Shown here piece by piece: positions 12,567 to 24,358 of a stretch of 64,000 nt of DNA (the first letter of the stretch is position 1; every line of letters begins with the position of its first letter). This DNA comes from Octopus sinensis (taxonomy: Eukaryota), in contig NW_021833266.1 of assembly GCF_006345805.1 (NCBI RefSeq), positions 13,528-77,527 of the forward strand. Direction: 5' to 3'. The notes under the pieces are model-generated. The model did not search any database. It saw nothing but the letters and a program-made list of their open reading frames with translations, and was not told the origin of the DNA. A program made the position numbers and the translations under genes.

Positions 12567-13184
12567 TTATAAATCTGAAAAGATTTTCACACTAAACGAA
12601 AATTTCAAATGGATTTTAACGGTCATTGACATTTATAGTAAGTTGGTTTCTTAAATTTTTTTTATAGATTTGCATTTGCACGACCACTTTATAATAAGTC
12701 TGGTAAAGAAGTGTGTCAAAACTTGAGATCTTTGTTTCGCCTAAATGTACCATGCAAATTTCTTCAATCAGACAATGGGTCTGAATTCAAAAATCAAGAA
12801 ATAACACAACTATACGTTGATTTTAACATCAAACAAATCCACGGAAGGCCTAATAATCCTCGGGCTCAAGGAATTGTCGAAAGATTCAATCAAACGATAA
12901 CCAGGAAGTTGTCAAAAATGATGGACAACAGTAAAAAAAAGTGGGTGATAAATTAGAAAATGCTTTGTACAGTTATAACATATCTGTCCATTCATTTTCT
13001 AACGAAAGATTTTACTCTTTGTGGATTTATTAATAAAATGAAATTAATTGAAGTTAATCTTAATTCAAGCTCAATGTAACAGGCTGCCCATAGGTATCGC
13101 GTGGCCCATGTGACATAATAAAATCAGAGTGTTAACGCGTGTACTGTTGTTCACTCTGGTTTATTTTTCTTTTATTTATTGTAT

Positions 13185-13326
13185 CATTGAGTATTTATGG
13201 GCTCATATGAAGGCTGAAGTACGTAAAATCCATGTAAAAAAATGTAGACGAATTAAAGCAAGAACTTCTCCATATTTGGAAAAATATTCCAAAGCGTTAA
13301 AAGTCAGCGGCGAAAGTTTGAAGTAA
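13185..13326 (+). mobile_element. IS630/Tc1 transposase C-terminal scrap
   Basis: IEYLWAHMKAEVRK resembles the NPIE.LW..K motif. Confidence 0.5.
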
Positions 13327-13419
13327 CCCTTCCTCCTTTCATCACCCTGGCGAATGATTTAGCTTTCTGTAGATCTATTTCAGCTAGTGAATGGATTAAC
13401 CTGGTAGAAGAAGAATATG

Positions 13420-14530
13420 GTTTATTTAATACAATAGCTCCAAAAGAAAAGTGGCCGAGGAATTAGAGCTTAGGGGGCTTGATAACGAGAGCCACGAAGG
13501 TCTCAACTTCGGTTTTGTTCCAGGAGACTGTCTTATCTCCCTCAGCGAATTCAAGTTTTTGCCAGGATCGCGTCTATCGTGTCAACACTCCGCTCATGCA
13601 GGTTTTCCAGCGGACTGCTGAGCTCCAGGCCGAATGCCAGTTTGATGGCAAATCGTCTGGTTTTTTCGAGTTTGGCGATTAGAAGGTCCCTTTCATCAGT
13701 TTGGTACCAGCCCTCCGAACCATAGATTATTAGTGGCTGAACACAAGTCTGGTAGATGTGTAGAAACGTTTCTGCGCTTAGACAAAACGCCTCAGTCCTT
13801 TTAGGATTTTCGCTCCTTGTTTCCGCTTTGCATGCACATGGGGTTTGTATGACCCGGTGGGGTCTATAGTTACTCCCAGGTAACGTAGGTTCTTCGATAT
13901 AATCAGGTTCCCATAATCCTCGAAAGTCGGTTTTTTGTCACGACCCATTGAAATCCAACAAATGGTACTTTTGTCCCGAGCGAGATTCAAGCCTTTACCA
14001 TTGCACCAGATTTCAAGTTCCTCCAAGTACGGTTCTATTCTGCTCCAGGACAACCTTCTTCTGTGTCGGGGTCCCCACATCGAGACATCCGTAACCAAAA
14101 TATCGTCCGCGTAGATAATTAGTCTGCACGTAGGAAAATGTGGTTTCGGGACGTCGGCCAGAAATATATTGAAGAGCAAGGGGCTGAGAACCGATCCCTG
14201 AGGAACACCTCTCCTCAGATTCACGGCCTTCGATAACAAATTTCCACAACAAATGAACGATTTTCTCTCGCACAAGAAGCCCTTTAGCCATCTGACAGTT
14301 TTTCGCCCAGCGCCCAACTCCGCTACTTTATTTAACAACCCCAAGTGCCAGACACTGTCAAAGGCCTTGCAGACGTCCAGGCAGACCGCCGTTAGGCAGG
14401 CTTTATGGAGTTTGGCCCGAAACAGTTCTTCCTCAAGAAGCGAGAAACAGTGACCGGTTGATCGACCAGGTCTAAAACCCCACTGTTCTTCCGCGAGTAT
14501 ATTATTTGTTCCACGTAAGCCGATAAACGA
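13420..14530 (-). mobile_element. LINE reverse transcriptase (Jockey/I-like), 5'-truncated
   Basis: EQWGFRPGRST..LDVCKAFDSVWH..GVPQGSVLSPLLFNIF..YADDI..RYLGVTID. Confidence 0.9.
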
Positions 14531-14579
14531 TTGAAAATAATTCTTTCCATTATCTTCGACGTTGTGCAGATAAGGCTAA

Positions 14580-15089
14580 TTGGCCTATAACTTCCTGCCT
14601 GCGTATTTGGGTATATCTCATTATCAAATAATTGTTGTTGTGGTTATGAATATCTCATTATCTATTCTTGTACGCTCGATCAACACCACAATTGATCCGA
14701 TCCAAGCCGCAAATGTAATTTGCGAATCTCCAACCGCCTTGAGGGCCCGCATTTCGCGGCGCCATAATGGTTCTTACGAACTTCTTTTTAAGAATGCTGA
14801 GGACCGTAACGACTTCATCCTGGATTGGGAGCGGAATCTCCCTTTTGGTCCTAATGGCCACTCTATTGAATACTTGACACCTCGGAACTCAGAACTAATT
14901 ATACGAAACCTGCCTTATTGGGTAACAGACAGTGCCTTGGTCAACATGCTATCCCGTTCAATCTCTCCGGGTACCAGATACATATTTCTTTGGACCTATG
15001 GTAACAAGGATTTATATAATTCCACAACACCTCCTTTCCGAGATAAAACTGGAAAAACTTATTCTATCCGTCAAAAAACGATGTTGTGA
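14580..15089 (+). mobile_element. Possible LINE ORF1-like (RRM-like) fragment
   Basis: 169-aa ORF with ELIIRNLPYWVTDSALVNML; no introns; next to LINE debris. Confidence 0.35.
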
Positions 15090-15780
15090 AATTTTTACGG
15101 CAAAAGGAGGGAATATCAGATATTAATTACGAAGGCGTTATTTTTGAATCATTTTTTGGTCCATTAAATTCTTGTTTTTTTCTATTTTTGTTAAAGAAAT
15201 ACAAATAATAAACAAAAATTGAAAAACAAATAATATAACTTTATGTTATCTTAAATGATTAATTGGGAAAAAATGAAAAAAAAATTTTTCAATCACTATA
15301 AAAAATAAAACATTTTAAACATGATCGTCTCATATCAGACCAGAGAAAATAAAATAATATATAGTATAGACAAAGAAGAAATACTTGAATTAAAAAAGAT
15401 TAAATCATTGTATAATATTATCAATCAGATTGCAGAAAATCAAATATAATAAGAGATTCTACAGATCGAAAATACAATTAATCAATTTTAATACAAATAT
15501 TAACTGTGAATATCAAAAAAATGTAATTATAAATATAACAAAAAAATTCATTGCTACAAAACAACAACCACAAAGCGTGCTTCCGATATTTAAATTTATT
15601 TTTTAAATAAAAATTCGATAATTTAATTCTATTATAATTAATTCGAATTTTTTGCCAGTGCTCAGGCCAGTGTAAATATCTGTGTATTTCAGACTCTTTT
15701 AAGTCTGCCCAGGAATCGTCGGTAAGGCCGCGACTCAACTCCTCACTGACATTGTTAGGAGAATTTTCTCTAAAACAAAC

Positions 15781-15910
15781 GACCCGAAGGAGCTCTTTCA
15801 GCGAATCTCGGTTGCCGTGCTCCGCGGAAACTGCCATTCAATACACATTGCGGCGTCATTGAGCTGACCTTTAGATCTCTTTCAGCCACCTATCCTAGCT
15901 AGTATTTAAT
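15781..15910 (-). repeat. Conserved dispersed motif, copy A
   Basis: Reverse complement ctagctaggataggtggctgaaagag..tcagctcaa..acgccgca..gtattg..ggcagtttccgcggagcacgg..gagattc matches 21125-21205 and 51552-51670. Confidence 0.8.
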
Positions 15911-15990
15911 CTTTTTTTAAATTTGTAATTACTGATTAAAAAAAGAATTTTTTATAAGGTTTCCGAGCTTTTACGTTGAAAGCGCAAGGA

Positions 15991-16330
15991 TTAGTGTTGA
16001 CTCTCAAGCATTAGTGTCGATGAATGTAGGGAAAGTGTTGATGAATTAATACACCTGTTAATAGTATCCGGACTAATATTTAATTCAAATTCAGAAAACA
16101 CCATATCTTTTAACTTTAATAGTGTCAATGATAGATTATCATTGGCCAAACCAAAAATATATTGCTTATGTAAATCATTCAATTTGTAAGAATAATCATC
16201 ACTACGAGCTTTGCTCTCAATATCTCTGGATTTTCTCAAGACAAAGTATTTGGCTTATGGAGGATTGAGGCATATTTAGATAATCAATTATTTCTTTATT
16301 AGATTTTCCATTAATTGAATGTTCAAAAAT
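15991..16330 (-). mobile_element. IS630/Tc1-like transposase HTH remnant
   Basis: NLSLTLLKLKDMVFSEFELNISPDTINRCI. Confidence 0.5.
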
Positions 16331-16596
16331 CAGTTTTCTTTGTCGAAAGGGATAGTGTATTTGTTTTTAGTCCATATATAGCTCTTACTCTAACACAGAA
16401 TTTCCTGAAAACGTTAATCCTTGCTTATTTGTGGATTAAAAGCTAATTTTTAGAGCTTTGGGATTATGCTTGATGCGTCAACATTAATTTTGGTTCTAGA
16501 TTCTAGAACGTTTTACACTTTTTGGAAACATTCTTATGTATAGTCCTTAAATATCTTATACATCTACAAAATACAAATTTATTATGAAAACAGGTT

Positions 16597-16711
16597 CAAC
16601 AGCACAGTCAGAATCATAATTATTCAGCGTAAAGTTTCATTTTATATCTGTGTAATTAGGTGAAGTATTTCTGATTTTTATTTAGTTCCGTTAAAATTGG
16701 GATACAGTCTA
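16597..16711 (-). repeat. About 115-bp direct repeat (second copy 17936-18050): upstream region plus signal-peptide start of tandem paralogs
   Basis: caacagcacagtcagaatcat..tttcattttatatctgtgtaattagg..ttaaaattggg in both copies; both read MILTVLL on the minus strand. Confidence 0.8.
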
Positions 16712-16989
16712 ACCTCCGTTTGGAATGAGGTCTTTTTGGTAAGGATTTTATAAATTTTTTAATAAATTTTGGAAATGTTCCAAATCCCAAAAATCTATCA
16801 AAAACAGATGTTTTCCATCCCTCAAGGTCCCTTCAAAAAAGTTAGACTGTATTTAATAACTCACTATCTCCTATTATCAAAACTTTTATTTAATTACACA
16901 AACAAACACTATACTTGATTAACATCATTTTCTTTACACCATTTCAATATAAACTTAGCAGTCACGTGTCTTTAACAGATAGGCCCAAA

Positions 16990-17956
16990 TTAAAATTTAG
17001 TTATTGTGTCCTGAATTAGTAAAAGTATCGGGATTAAAGGAGAATCAGCATCCATAAGAGTGCACCAGCCATGAAATAAAAACTTATATCCACTATTATA
17101 TATTACACCCTTATTCCAAAAAGGGAAGGGAAATAGAAGCAATATACCTTTCCTGATTCCATCATCGACCTCTGCGCCACTAACCGTATCGTTTCGAGTT
17201 GTAGAATTAATTTCTTGGTTTCCAATGGTATTGGTCGTATTTTCTTCATCTTCAAAATTAGTTTCTCGGTGTTCACTTGTATCTTCTTCATTATCGGTAT
17301 TTTCTTCATTTAGTCCCAATGTCTCCAAAATAGTTTCTCTTTCATATCTTAATTCTCTGAATCTTTGATTCAATCCTCTACTTGGGATAACATTTCTATA
17401 ATTATAAATAAAAAGACTACAATTTATTTTCCGGATTTAAAATACTGTTAGGGTCATTAATATCTTCAAAATTCATTATTTTTAGTAATTTGTATATGAT
17501 AATTCCAGGTTTATATGGCTTATATTAAAACACTGAATATACTTGACATAGGGTATCGTTAAACATTTGATCGCCTATAAATGTGTTATATTTACCTTAA
17601 CCATTCGTTGAACTATCAAGGAATACATTCAATCTTCCAACTCTATTAATCACATGATATCCTTCATCACTAGTTGAACTACAGTTTGACTGACACAGAG
17701 TTCAAACTCAACAATCTCAACTGAAATATCTTCTCCTTGATTGACAAACGAAATATTCACCAATTGAGACAGTGACTACGGCAATTAAATAATCATTCAA
17801 CATTTTTGACTACATCCAACATGAACATCTGAATTAAAATAAAAATAGATTACTCTATTCCCATCATATTTCACCTTTAGTTTACCGAGACCTATTTGAT
17901 GTCAATAAAATAATACTTGATGTGTATTGTAGCACCAACAGCACAGTCAGAATCAT
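16990..17956 (-). CDS. Orphan secreted or membrane-anchored protein, spliced, with an acidic Asn/Thr-rich region
   Basis: MILTVLLVLQYTSS|LGKLKVKYDGNR after a 25-nt intron; 25-nt intron joins PENKL-NVIPSRGLNQRF; EENTDNEEDTSEH..; hydrophobic C-terminal stretch. Internal frame breaks present. Confidence 0.5.
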
Positions 17957-18035
17957 TATTATTCATCGTTGAGTTTCATTTTATATCTGTGTAATTAGGC
18001 TAATTATTTGCACATTTTTATGTAGTTCTTTAAAA

Positions 18036-19715
18036 TTGGGTTATCTCATATTTAATCTCTCTAATCTGACTAACTCTAGCAGAGGTGCCGTTGAAAACGA
18101 ACTGATAATAAAATTCCATCATTTAATAATTATTGATTTAGGATTTGTGGGCATTCATGAACACCTGGACTTCAGTGCCGAAACTAGCACGGAACCTGTA
18201 AAAAGAACGGCCATTGAAAATGTCCAGCCTCGTTCTGTTGATGACAATTAAAGTCTCCCTTATCTGAAAACGAACTCAAAATTAGACGCAGTGAAAGCAA
18301 TTATCTTCTCTATGAATGTTGAAGATAGAAGACAGTGGGCGGTATCAGTTTGCGAAGCTATCCATTCGAGGCTAGGGCGTGTCCCTAGAGGTAGTTGGAA
18401 TGTAATACTAGAGAATTTTAATTTTAAATTTGAAGATAAAATCTTTTTGTCCGAATATAGAAAGTTGGAAAATAAAAGGCAACTATCTTTTGCTGATGTG
18501 GATGAGTCCAAAAAACGGCTGATTTCTCGGGAAGTGGGTGTGATACAGGACTGTTCGCTTGCTGCAAGCTAACTAAAAATTTATATATAAGTGCATGAAA
18601 ATTAGTTGATAGCTAAATTTTCAAAGATTAAATTCAAGGAAACAAATTCTTGCTTCCCATATACATCCGAATGAAATGTAGCACTTATTCACCCAATTCT
18701 GAAGTCCGGGAAGCCTAAGGACAATCTTGACTTATATAGACTTATCTCTCTATTAAGCGTCCTATCTAGAATCCCTGAGAAACTAATACTAAAACTAATC
18801 CAATCATCTCTCCACTTGTTACATTTCAACATGGTTTTAAGAAAAGACCATTTAAATCTTCATATCTGAAAAAAACTCTAATTTTATCTACGAAAGCTTC
18901 AAAACCAAGCCTATCTAAAAAAAATTCTTTGCTCAGTAGAAATACAAAAGGCGTTCGATCCAGTCACTAAAAAGAATCTTTATTGAGCGACATTCCAATC
19001 CCTACTCACCAGGACGACATCTTACTCTTCTATGCTGATGATATCATATAAGATCAACGGACCAAAATCCACTCAAAGCAATCCAAAGACTTCAGAGAAA
19101 CATCCACAACATGTTTTTCTGTAATGTACAAACCAACTGAATCTAAGCTTCGAAAAATGCATAACCACTCTATTCACGACAACAAAAAATTATCCAACTT
19201 CGAAATCAATGTTATTTTAAAAGGAACAAGAATTTAGCAGACAAATACTAGGTGTGATCTTTGAAACTAATTCTCATTCTCTAAGAATATTGCCAATCAT
19301 AAATTAAACTATCGAGAAGATCAAACTTTTTAAATTCCTTTCACGGGAATACAACAATCCTGATTTAAGACTATATACAAGCAAATATGTCGAGCGCAAC
19401 ATTGCTTATGCTTGTGGTGGCTGGAAATCATTTCTGGTCCCCTCCAAAATCTGCAAAAGATCTCGAACCTACAGCTGAAGTCTATCTCCGATTTTACTAA
19501 ACGGATTATAAAGCCAAAAGCTTTTGAAAAGCTTGTAAGGACGACGGGTTCTAGAGTCAGCTCAGACCTTTGGATCCTTGTCCAATCCGAAGATGCGTCG
19601 GATCCCTGGCTGAACACAGAGAGAAGATGCGTAGAGTGATTGGGAATGACGGGATCACCTAAATAATTTGTTTGCCTGCTTAGACGGCGTTTGTTTTCCT
19701 GCTAAATAAAATAAA
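18036..19715 (+). mobile_element. Degenerate LINE (ORF1-like part plus Jockey-like RT)
   Basis: PILKSGKPKDNLDLYRLISLLS..FQHGF..EIQKAFD..FYADDI; A-rich 3' end near 19700. Confidence 0.7.
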
Positions 19716-19778
19716 TAGCTAGATCAAAATGGAGCATTTAAAATATTTCTTAAAGTGGCCAAAATATTTCTTCAAATA

Positions 19779-21007
19779 CAGTGAATACTCCCAAATTCGC
19801 CATTTTTGGTTCCTTCATTTTTTGCGGCGAATTTGAGAAATGGCGAATTTCAGAATATAATCAATAATTTTTGAATGCGAGTAGAACTGTTTAATAATTC
19901 GAAAATAGCCAAAATTGACGTAATTGAAAAAATTAATTTTATTTTAACAAAGAACTATGCTTTTTTATCAAAGTAATATTCCATTCCTGTTTGTTTTCTC
20001 TTTATATTTTGATGTTTTTTCTCAAATCTTCGAATTGAAGTAATTAGACGCACATCTTCGTTTTCGACAATTTCGATTAGTGATTTCTCAATTTCTCTTA
20101 ATTTTGCACCAATCTTATTTCTAGTGAAATGAATTATTGTTTGTTCATTTGAAGGAAAATTTTTATCTGCAGATTGTTTTTTCAGGATCTTCATTATCGA
20201 AATTACTTTCTTCGCTAATTGCAAATTTTTTTATAAGCGAATTAAATTGCATTTTCTTCTAAAAAATTTATAGAAATGAATTCTTCAATTTGAATAGGAT
20301 CATAAATATCTGTTTTAATTATCAATTCATCAATTAAATTTTTATCTGTAAATTTTTCATCAAAATCTATTTTTTTCAGTTTTTTGAAGTAATTTTCAAC
20401 AGTTTTTGAGCATACATTTTCCTAAGCCATTTTTATAAAAAAACTAAATGTTTATAGGATTCATAAACCGAAACTTTGTCAGTTTCCAAAATTTTAGTGA
20501 GATAAAATAATTGGTGCCTATTAAAGTGCACTTTAAATGTTTTGATAATTCCCAAGTCCATTGGTTGAATTATTCTTGTTGCATTTTTAGGAAAGAACAT
20601 AATTTTTATATTTTCAAGATGACAAGGTATACAATGAGAAGAACAATTATCGATCAAAATCAAAATTGACTTTTTTCCTTCGTCAAAAAGTTGTCAAAAT
20701 TAATCAGCCATTTACTAAAAATTTGGCCCGTCATCCAAGCGCTTTTTGAACTGTAATATGAAACAGAGCATTGATAGTCGTAATTTTGGAAACATCTTGG
20801 CATCTTTGAGTTTCCAATTAAAACAGGTTTTAGTTTGTGATTATTTGCACACAACATTACAGATACCTGATCCTTAAAATTTTTATATCGTCCAAATTGT
20901 GGCGAATTTCAGAATTGGCGAATTTCCATAAACTAGAATTTTTTTTAAAAAAAGGCGAATCTAAGAATTAGCGAATTTAAGAATGGCGAATTTGGGGGTA
21001 TTCACTG
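19779..21007 (-). mobile_element. pogo/Tigger DNA transposon, internally deleted
   Basis: TIR CAGTGAATAC(T/C)CCCAAATTCGCCATT; TA flanks; DDE_1 motifs SAWMTGQIF..WL, ILIDNCSSH, IQPMDLGIIKTFK; subterminal GGCGAATT repeats. Confidence 0.93.
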
Positions 21008-21124
21008 TATTTAAAATCAAACTGCTTCCAGCCAGCCACCGTTGTCAATTTTAATTCTCTGATAATGTATCTAATGTATCTATAGATGAGTATTGGACAA
21101 AAATTGATTAATGATTGCCAGACT

Positions 21125-21205
21125 CAAAACGCCTCACTGCGTATTGTCGGCAGTTTCCGCGGAGCACGGCGACCGAGATTCACTGAAAGAGTTAGTCCAC
21201 TCTTG
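21125..21205 (+). repeat. Conserved dispersed motif, copy B (5'-truncated)
   Basis: cgtattgtcggcagtttccgcggagcacggcgaccgagattcactgaaagag. Confidence 0.8.
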
Positions 21206-21209
21206 GAAA

Positions 21210-21420
21210 AACCAGAAGTGATTCTGTTTGTGTCCACAGCCCATCCCACCCTCGGCTTTTGACAGGGCAATGAGCCCAGCAGAGAAAAGAAGCTCTCTGG
21301 CAACGGTTGGAATGGTGCCGATCGCAAGAAGAGCACAAGCGCCCCTTCTTGCGGGAATTGGATAATTTACATGAGACACAAGTTTTCATGTGAGAGATGG
21401 TAAAATGGGGTGAAATAAAA
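21210..21420 (-). mobile_element. CRE-like retrotransposon scraps (PHD-like piece plus RT piece)
   Basis: KTCVSCKLSNSRKKGRLCSSC and FSAGLIALSKAEGG (compare CRE RT GARLIALxKxxGG). Confidence 0.5.
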
Positions 21421-21592
21421 AAAGGAACGATTAACAATTAACAAAATAACAACAATGAGTCAATACATATTTTAATATGAATACATATATTAATATGAAT
21501 TCTAGTGATGAGTGCTCTAGTGGTATAATATCTGTATCTGATAACATCGATGAATCCGAATATTCTGTTTATAATACAAATTTGTTGCAACT

Positions 21593-23386
21593 GTGATGGA
21601 CAGGTGGAACGTCCATCTAAATTACAACAAATGCGATATAGCCGAGGTGAAACTAGAGAGGGGCATATTACAGGGCGACAGCATGTCTCCGCTGCTGTTC
21701 GTCCTCTGCCTAGAACCGCTGACTGCCCAATTCGAACAAATGTCGATCGAACATGAAGGAGGGTGTTTTAGCACCAACCATCTCATGTTCATAGACGACA
21801 TTAAGCTGTTCGCTCGGTCTTCAGAGATCCTTCACTCAATGGGTAAAGTCCTGAAAGGTTTCATGAAGGCCGTGGGGTTGGAGCTCAACTACAACAAGTC
21901 GGCGACTAACACCCCTGTGTGTGGTGACCTAGTCAAAGTCTTGGAGGAACACCAAGGATATAAGTATCTTGGTGTGGTTGAGAGTCCAGCCTCATTAATC
22001 ACACCCGAAACGAGAAAGTGTGTAGTGGAGGGTGTGCGTAGTAGGGCGGCAATGTTATGTAAGACTCGGCTTAATGCACGGAACTTATTTCATGCCTTGA
22101 ACGAGTATGCCATCTCATTGCTAAACTATTACGTTGGCCTGATCGAATTCGAGCCGAGTGAGTACGATGAAATGGACCTTATTGTCCGAAGAGTACTCCG
22201 AGAGAATCATGTCCACGTGTTGGCAAGCAATAAGGAGAGATTGTACTTGTCTCGCGGGCAGCTAGGACGTGGACTGAGTAACATCGTACACTTAAGTGAG
22301 CGAATTCTTACTAAGATGCACGACACCTTGTGGAGTGGGTCGAGTGTATCCCAAAGGAAGGCTGCCATCCTTGCTGCTGAAAAAGCGCGTGGTACACACC
22401 TAGGGACCATAAAAGGCTATGTGTCGGCTAAGTATGGTCTAGGTGCTACCCAAGTTAATGTGAAGGAGTTGATCAAACTTCAAAAGGAGTCTTTAATTAA
22501 AAAGATCAACTTAAAAGTCTTTCACAAGACTCTCTTTAGCAGCCTGGACAACCCGCACATTGACGTATCGTCGTCATCTACGTGGCTGAAATATGGGAAT
22601 AACTCTCCCCGATCAGAAGGGTTGTTCTCATATTTGCAGGATAGAAACTTTTTTAATGGTCAACGGAAACAGTGTAACCACTGTAAGAGTAAGGCAATGA
22701 CCGTTGACCATTTAGCCACGAAGTGCGGGAGTATGCTTTACCATGATTACACATGGAGGCATAACGAGGTGGTGAGGTCCCTCCATCTTTTGCTCTGCAA
22801 TAAGTACGGCTTGAGGCGGTCCAGAAAGTTGCGAACCCATCGAGTTCAATCGGTGTGTGAGAACTCGCGGGTGTGCATTAAGGTGGATACCCCCATACGC
22901 ACCTCGATTGTTGTCCAGCACAACAGACCCGACATTGTGGTCCACGATAAGGTCACCGGGGAGATTGTTATCGTGGAGGTATGCATCACGTGCCTAGACC
23001 GTTTGCAGATAGTGGAAGTGGAGAAAAGGAGGAAGTATGACCTCCTTGCAAACGAGCTAGGACTGATGCACCAGTGCAAAGTCCATGTCATCCCGTGTGT
23101 GATGACATGGGATGGACTGGTCACCAAATACCACAAGCGGTACTTAAGACAGTTGGATGTAGATAAGTCTCTACAGGCTTATATACAGTCAACTGTTCTT
23201 AAGAGGACTCTGGAGAGTGTCTCGTTTGATGCTCGCCGATCCAGCCCTTTCCTGACGTTTAGTCAGCAAGAGGCGCTGGACTGCACCTTCTCGAAGGTCT
23301 ACAGTGACAGAGAAGAGGAGGAAGAAGGGGAGGAGGTGCGTGGAGTGCCGCCTTCTGCTCACTTCGAAGGCTCTGGACTTAGTTAG
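21593..23386 (+). mobile_element. R4-like RLE non-LTR retrotransposon, 5'-truncated, uninterrupted 597-aa ORF (RT, CCHC, RLE)
   Basis: RGILQGDSMSPLLF, FIDDIKL, YKYLGV, CNHC..DHLATKC, RHNEV, NRPDIV, EKRRKY; intronless and visibly GC-richer than flanks. Confidence 0.95.
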
Positions 23387-23559
23387 TAAAATTACTTAGT
23401 TAATTAGTTTCTTTCTTAATAAATACTGTTCATCAATTAATTGCTTCCCCAATCGAAATTAGCACACTCAACAAACTTGCTTATAGAATAACCAAAAAAT
23501 CGGTTCCTTGTCACAGTCATCACTTTTCAACAATACTATCTGGTTGCTACAGAGGTTTT

Positions 23560-23860
23560 TCAGAGTGGGCCGCAAGGTTTGGACTATGGTCCGACTGAGT
23601 ATTGCATGTCTTCACTATTAACTCCCATTTGATTAGAAACATCGCAATCCTGTCCAGGACAGACAACACCCAGGATGCATGTTTCTCCAATTTTCGGTTG
23701 ATTACAAACCCCAGGTCGTTGTAAAAGTAACAAGCAAGTAATCTGTTAACCTAAAGCTTCTATATTCTGTTATTTTCGTTTTTCACAAACAACAGATGGA
23801 CACCTTGTGCTGTTCCAGATTTCTTGCAAGTTGAAATTTTTGTACATGGGATTGTCCCGG
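23560..23860 (-). mobile_element. RTE-like APE endonuclease remnant
   Basis: With frameshifts: QLARNLEQHKVSICCL.ETK..LGFVINRKLEK..DRIAM. Confidence 0.55.
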
Positions 23861-24358
23861 GTTAATTATTATCAAAATAAGATATTTTTGAAATGTGATG
23901 TGAGTTTTATCGAACTTTGAATTTTATCGAATCTTAGCTATGGTTCATTTTTATCAATATTTTAAATCTGATATTTCAATAAATCCAAGTTATTTAGTTA
24001 GTAGCTTCGAACTGTTAAGTGGCCCACAATGTGGGCCGATCGCTCTAGAGATTTCAGAGCGCTGGGTGTGGTAATGACTTTGCCGGTGATCCAGAACAAG
24101 AGAACAAATGGTGGAAAAGATCTTTAACATCAAAAAAGAGATGATGGACTTAATGTTGGCTCTTCAAAGTATAGGCACTTTCAGTTAGGTCATGAATTGC
24201 TACCGTATCATTTGTTTACTAAAAAATAAAGCAATAAAAATAAATCAATGTGATTATTTTATAAAAAGTACAGGAAAACTTTATATTTAAACAAAAATAT
24301 TACGTCAAGTTTCGTTTATTAGTGGAATATTTTCATATTTTACCATTATTTAATTAGA

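Larger units (their letters stand above)
11358..13115 (+). mobile_element. Intron-containing retroviral-type integrase DNA transposon (Ginger-like), inactivated; right end ...CATGTGACA
   Basis: Splicing 11387-11414, 11629-11652 and 12642-12667 and removing insert 11719-12566 gives YTIINDKLYLKSS..LHEFSHGG..CEVC..PLKIGDINHHVFAS..FQIDII/NLKRF..FKWILTVIDIYSKFAFARPL..QSDNGSEF-(35)-ERFNQTI. One stop and one frameshift. Terminus at 13115 followed by TAATA. Confidence 0.82.

Noticed and set aside
11358-13115. LTR retrotransposon integrase
   Set aside because: No LTRs, gag, protease or RT; introns and TGT...ACA inverted termini indicate a DNA transposon.
13420-15089. Twin-priming inversion of one LINE (minus-strand RT, plus-strand ORF1-like)
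   Set aside because: The inverted piece should be the sequence immediately upstream of the RT, not ORF1; no TSD found.
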